Shown here: positions 63,930 through 64,000 of the stretch, piece by piece
Numbering within the stretch: the first letter of the stretch is position 1
How the letters are laid out: every line of letters starts with the position of its first letter
NCBI GenBank assembly: GCA_025935925.1
Contig: JAICUI010000004.1
Span: 24,138-88,137 of the forward strand
DNA length: 64,000 bases
Origin: Chloroflexota bacterium
GTDB taxonomy: Bacteria > Chloroflexota > Limnocylindria > Limnocylindrales > CSP1-4
Reading direction: 5' to 3'
Program-made: the position numbers and the translations under genes
The notes under the pieces: model-generated
Database searches by the model: none
Seen by the model: only the letters and a program-made list of their open reading frames with translations
Told to the model about the DNA's origin: nothing

Positions 63930-64000
63930 CGGACGTCCTCCGACTCGACCGCGTCCGCGAGCCCGGCCTCGACCAGGGCGGCATCGATCGCCGCCGCGAC
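63926..64000 (-). CDS. adk: 3' end of upstream gene, probably adenylate kinase (by synteny only)
   Basis: My translation of the minus strand reads ..VAAAIDAALVEAGLADAVESEDVR stop. Only 24 codons lie in the window. The identity is inferred from the conserved adk-map-infA order. Confidence 0.4.
   Translation of the reverse strand, partial: VAAAIDAALVEAGLADAVESEDVR

Overview
This is a very GC-rich bacterial chromosome segment with actinobacterial-type gene order. Most long ORFs in the six-frame track are off-frame or antisense artefacts. My calls rest on recognisable protein sequence, start-codon and SD context, frame checks against the track, and 4-nt stop/start overlaps. No searches were run.

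(1) 1-18.3 kb holds a phage-tail-like contractile injection system (CIS/eCIS) locus. A divergent arm carries a DUF4255 terminator and an AAA ATPase that runs off the left edge. The main arm carries sheath, tube, a chaperone-like pair, a Pro/Ala-rich tape-measure-slot protein, a second tube-like protein, a LysM protein, a VgrG-like spike, gp25, baseplate J and a P2 gpI-like protein. I saw no tail fibre, PAAR, toxin or mobility genes. The locus is followed by an unusual 935-aa membrane protein with two zinc ribbons, about 300 aa of AEAERQ repeats, a Pro/Ala linker, one TM helix and an extracytoplasmic discoidin-like domain. Convergent to it is a 1007-aa STAND-ATPase regulator with a C-terminal SARP (wHTH+BTAD) module. 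The fibre-less CIS plus this membrane tether and regulator is my best candidate for a new system.

(2) 18.4-36 kb carries ppdK, an FNR-type reductase, an FAD-oxidase/P450/sarcosine-oxidase-like cluster, glyQS, glpK, plsY, a dipeptidase, recO and others.

(3) 36-64 kb is one long minus-strand housekeeping run: adk(partial) map infA rpmJ rpsM rpsK rpsD rpoA rplQ truA rplM rpsI, TPR, cdaA cdaR glmM glmS acpS nnrD alr macro, three coupled hypotheticals, tsaE tsaB rimI tsaD rsmA ispE ridA dinB glmU and a CorC-like gene.

I recognised no rRNA, tRNA, CRISPR, transposase or integrase.
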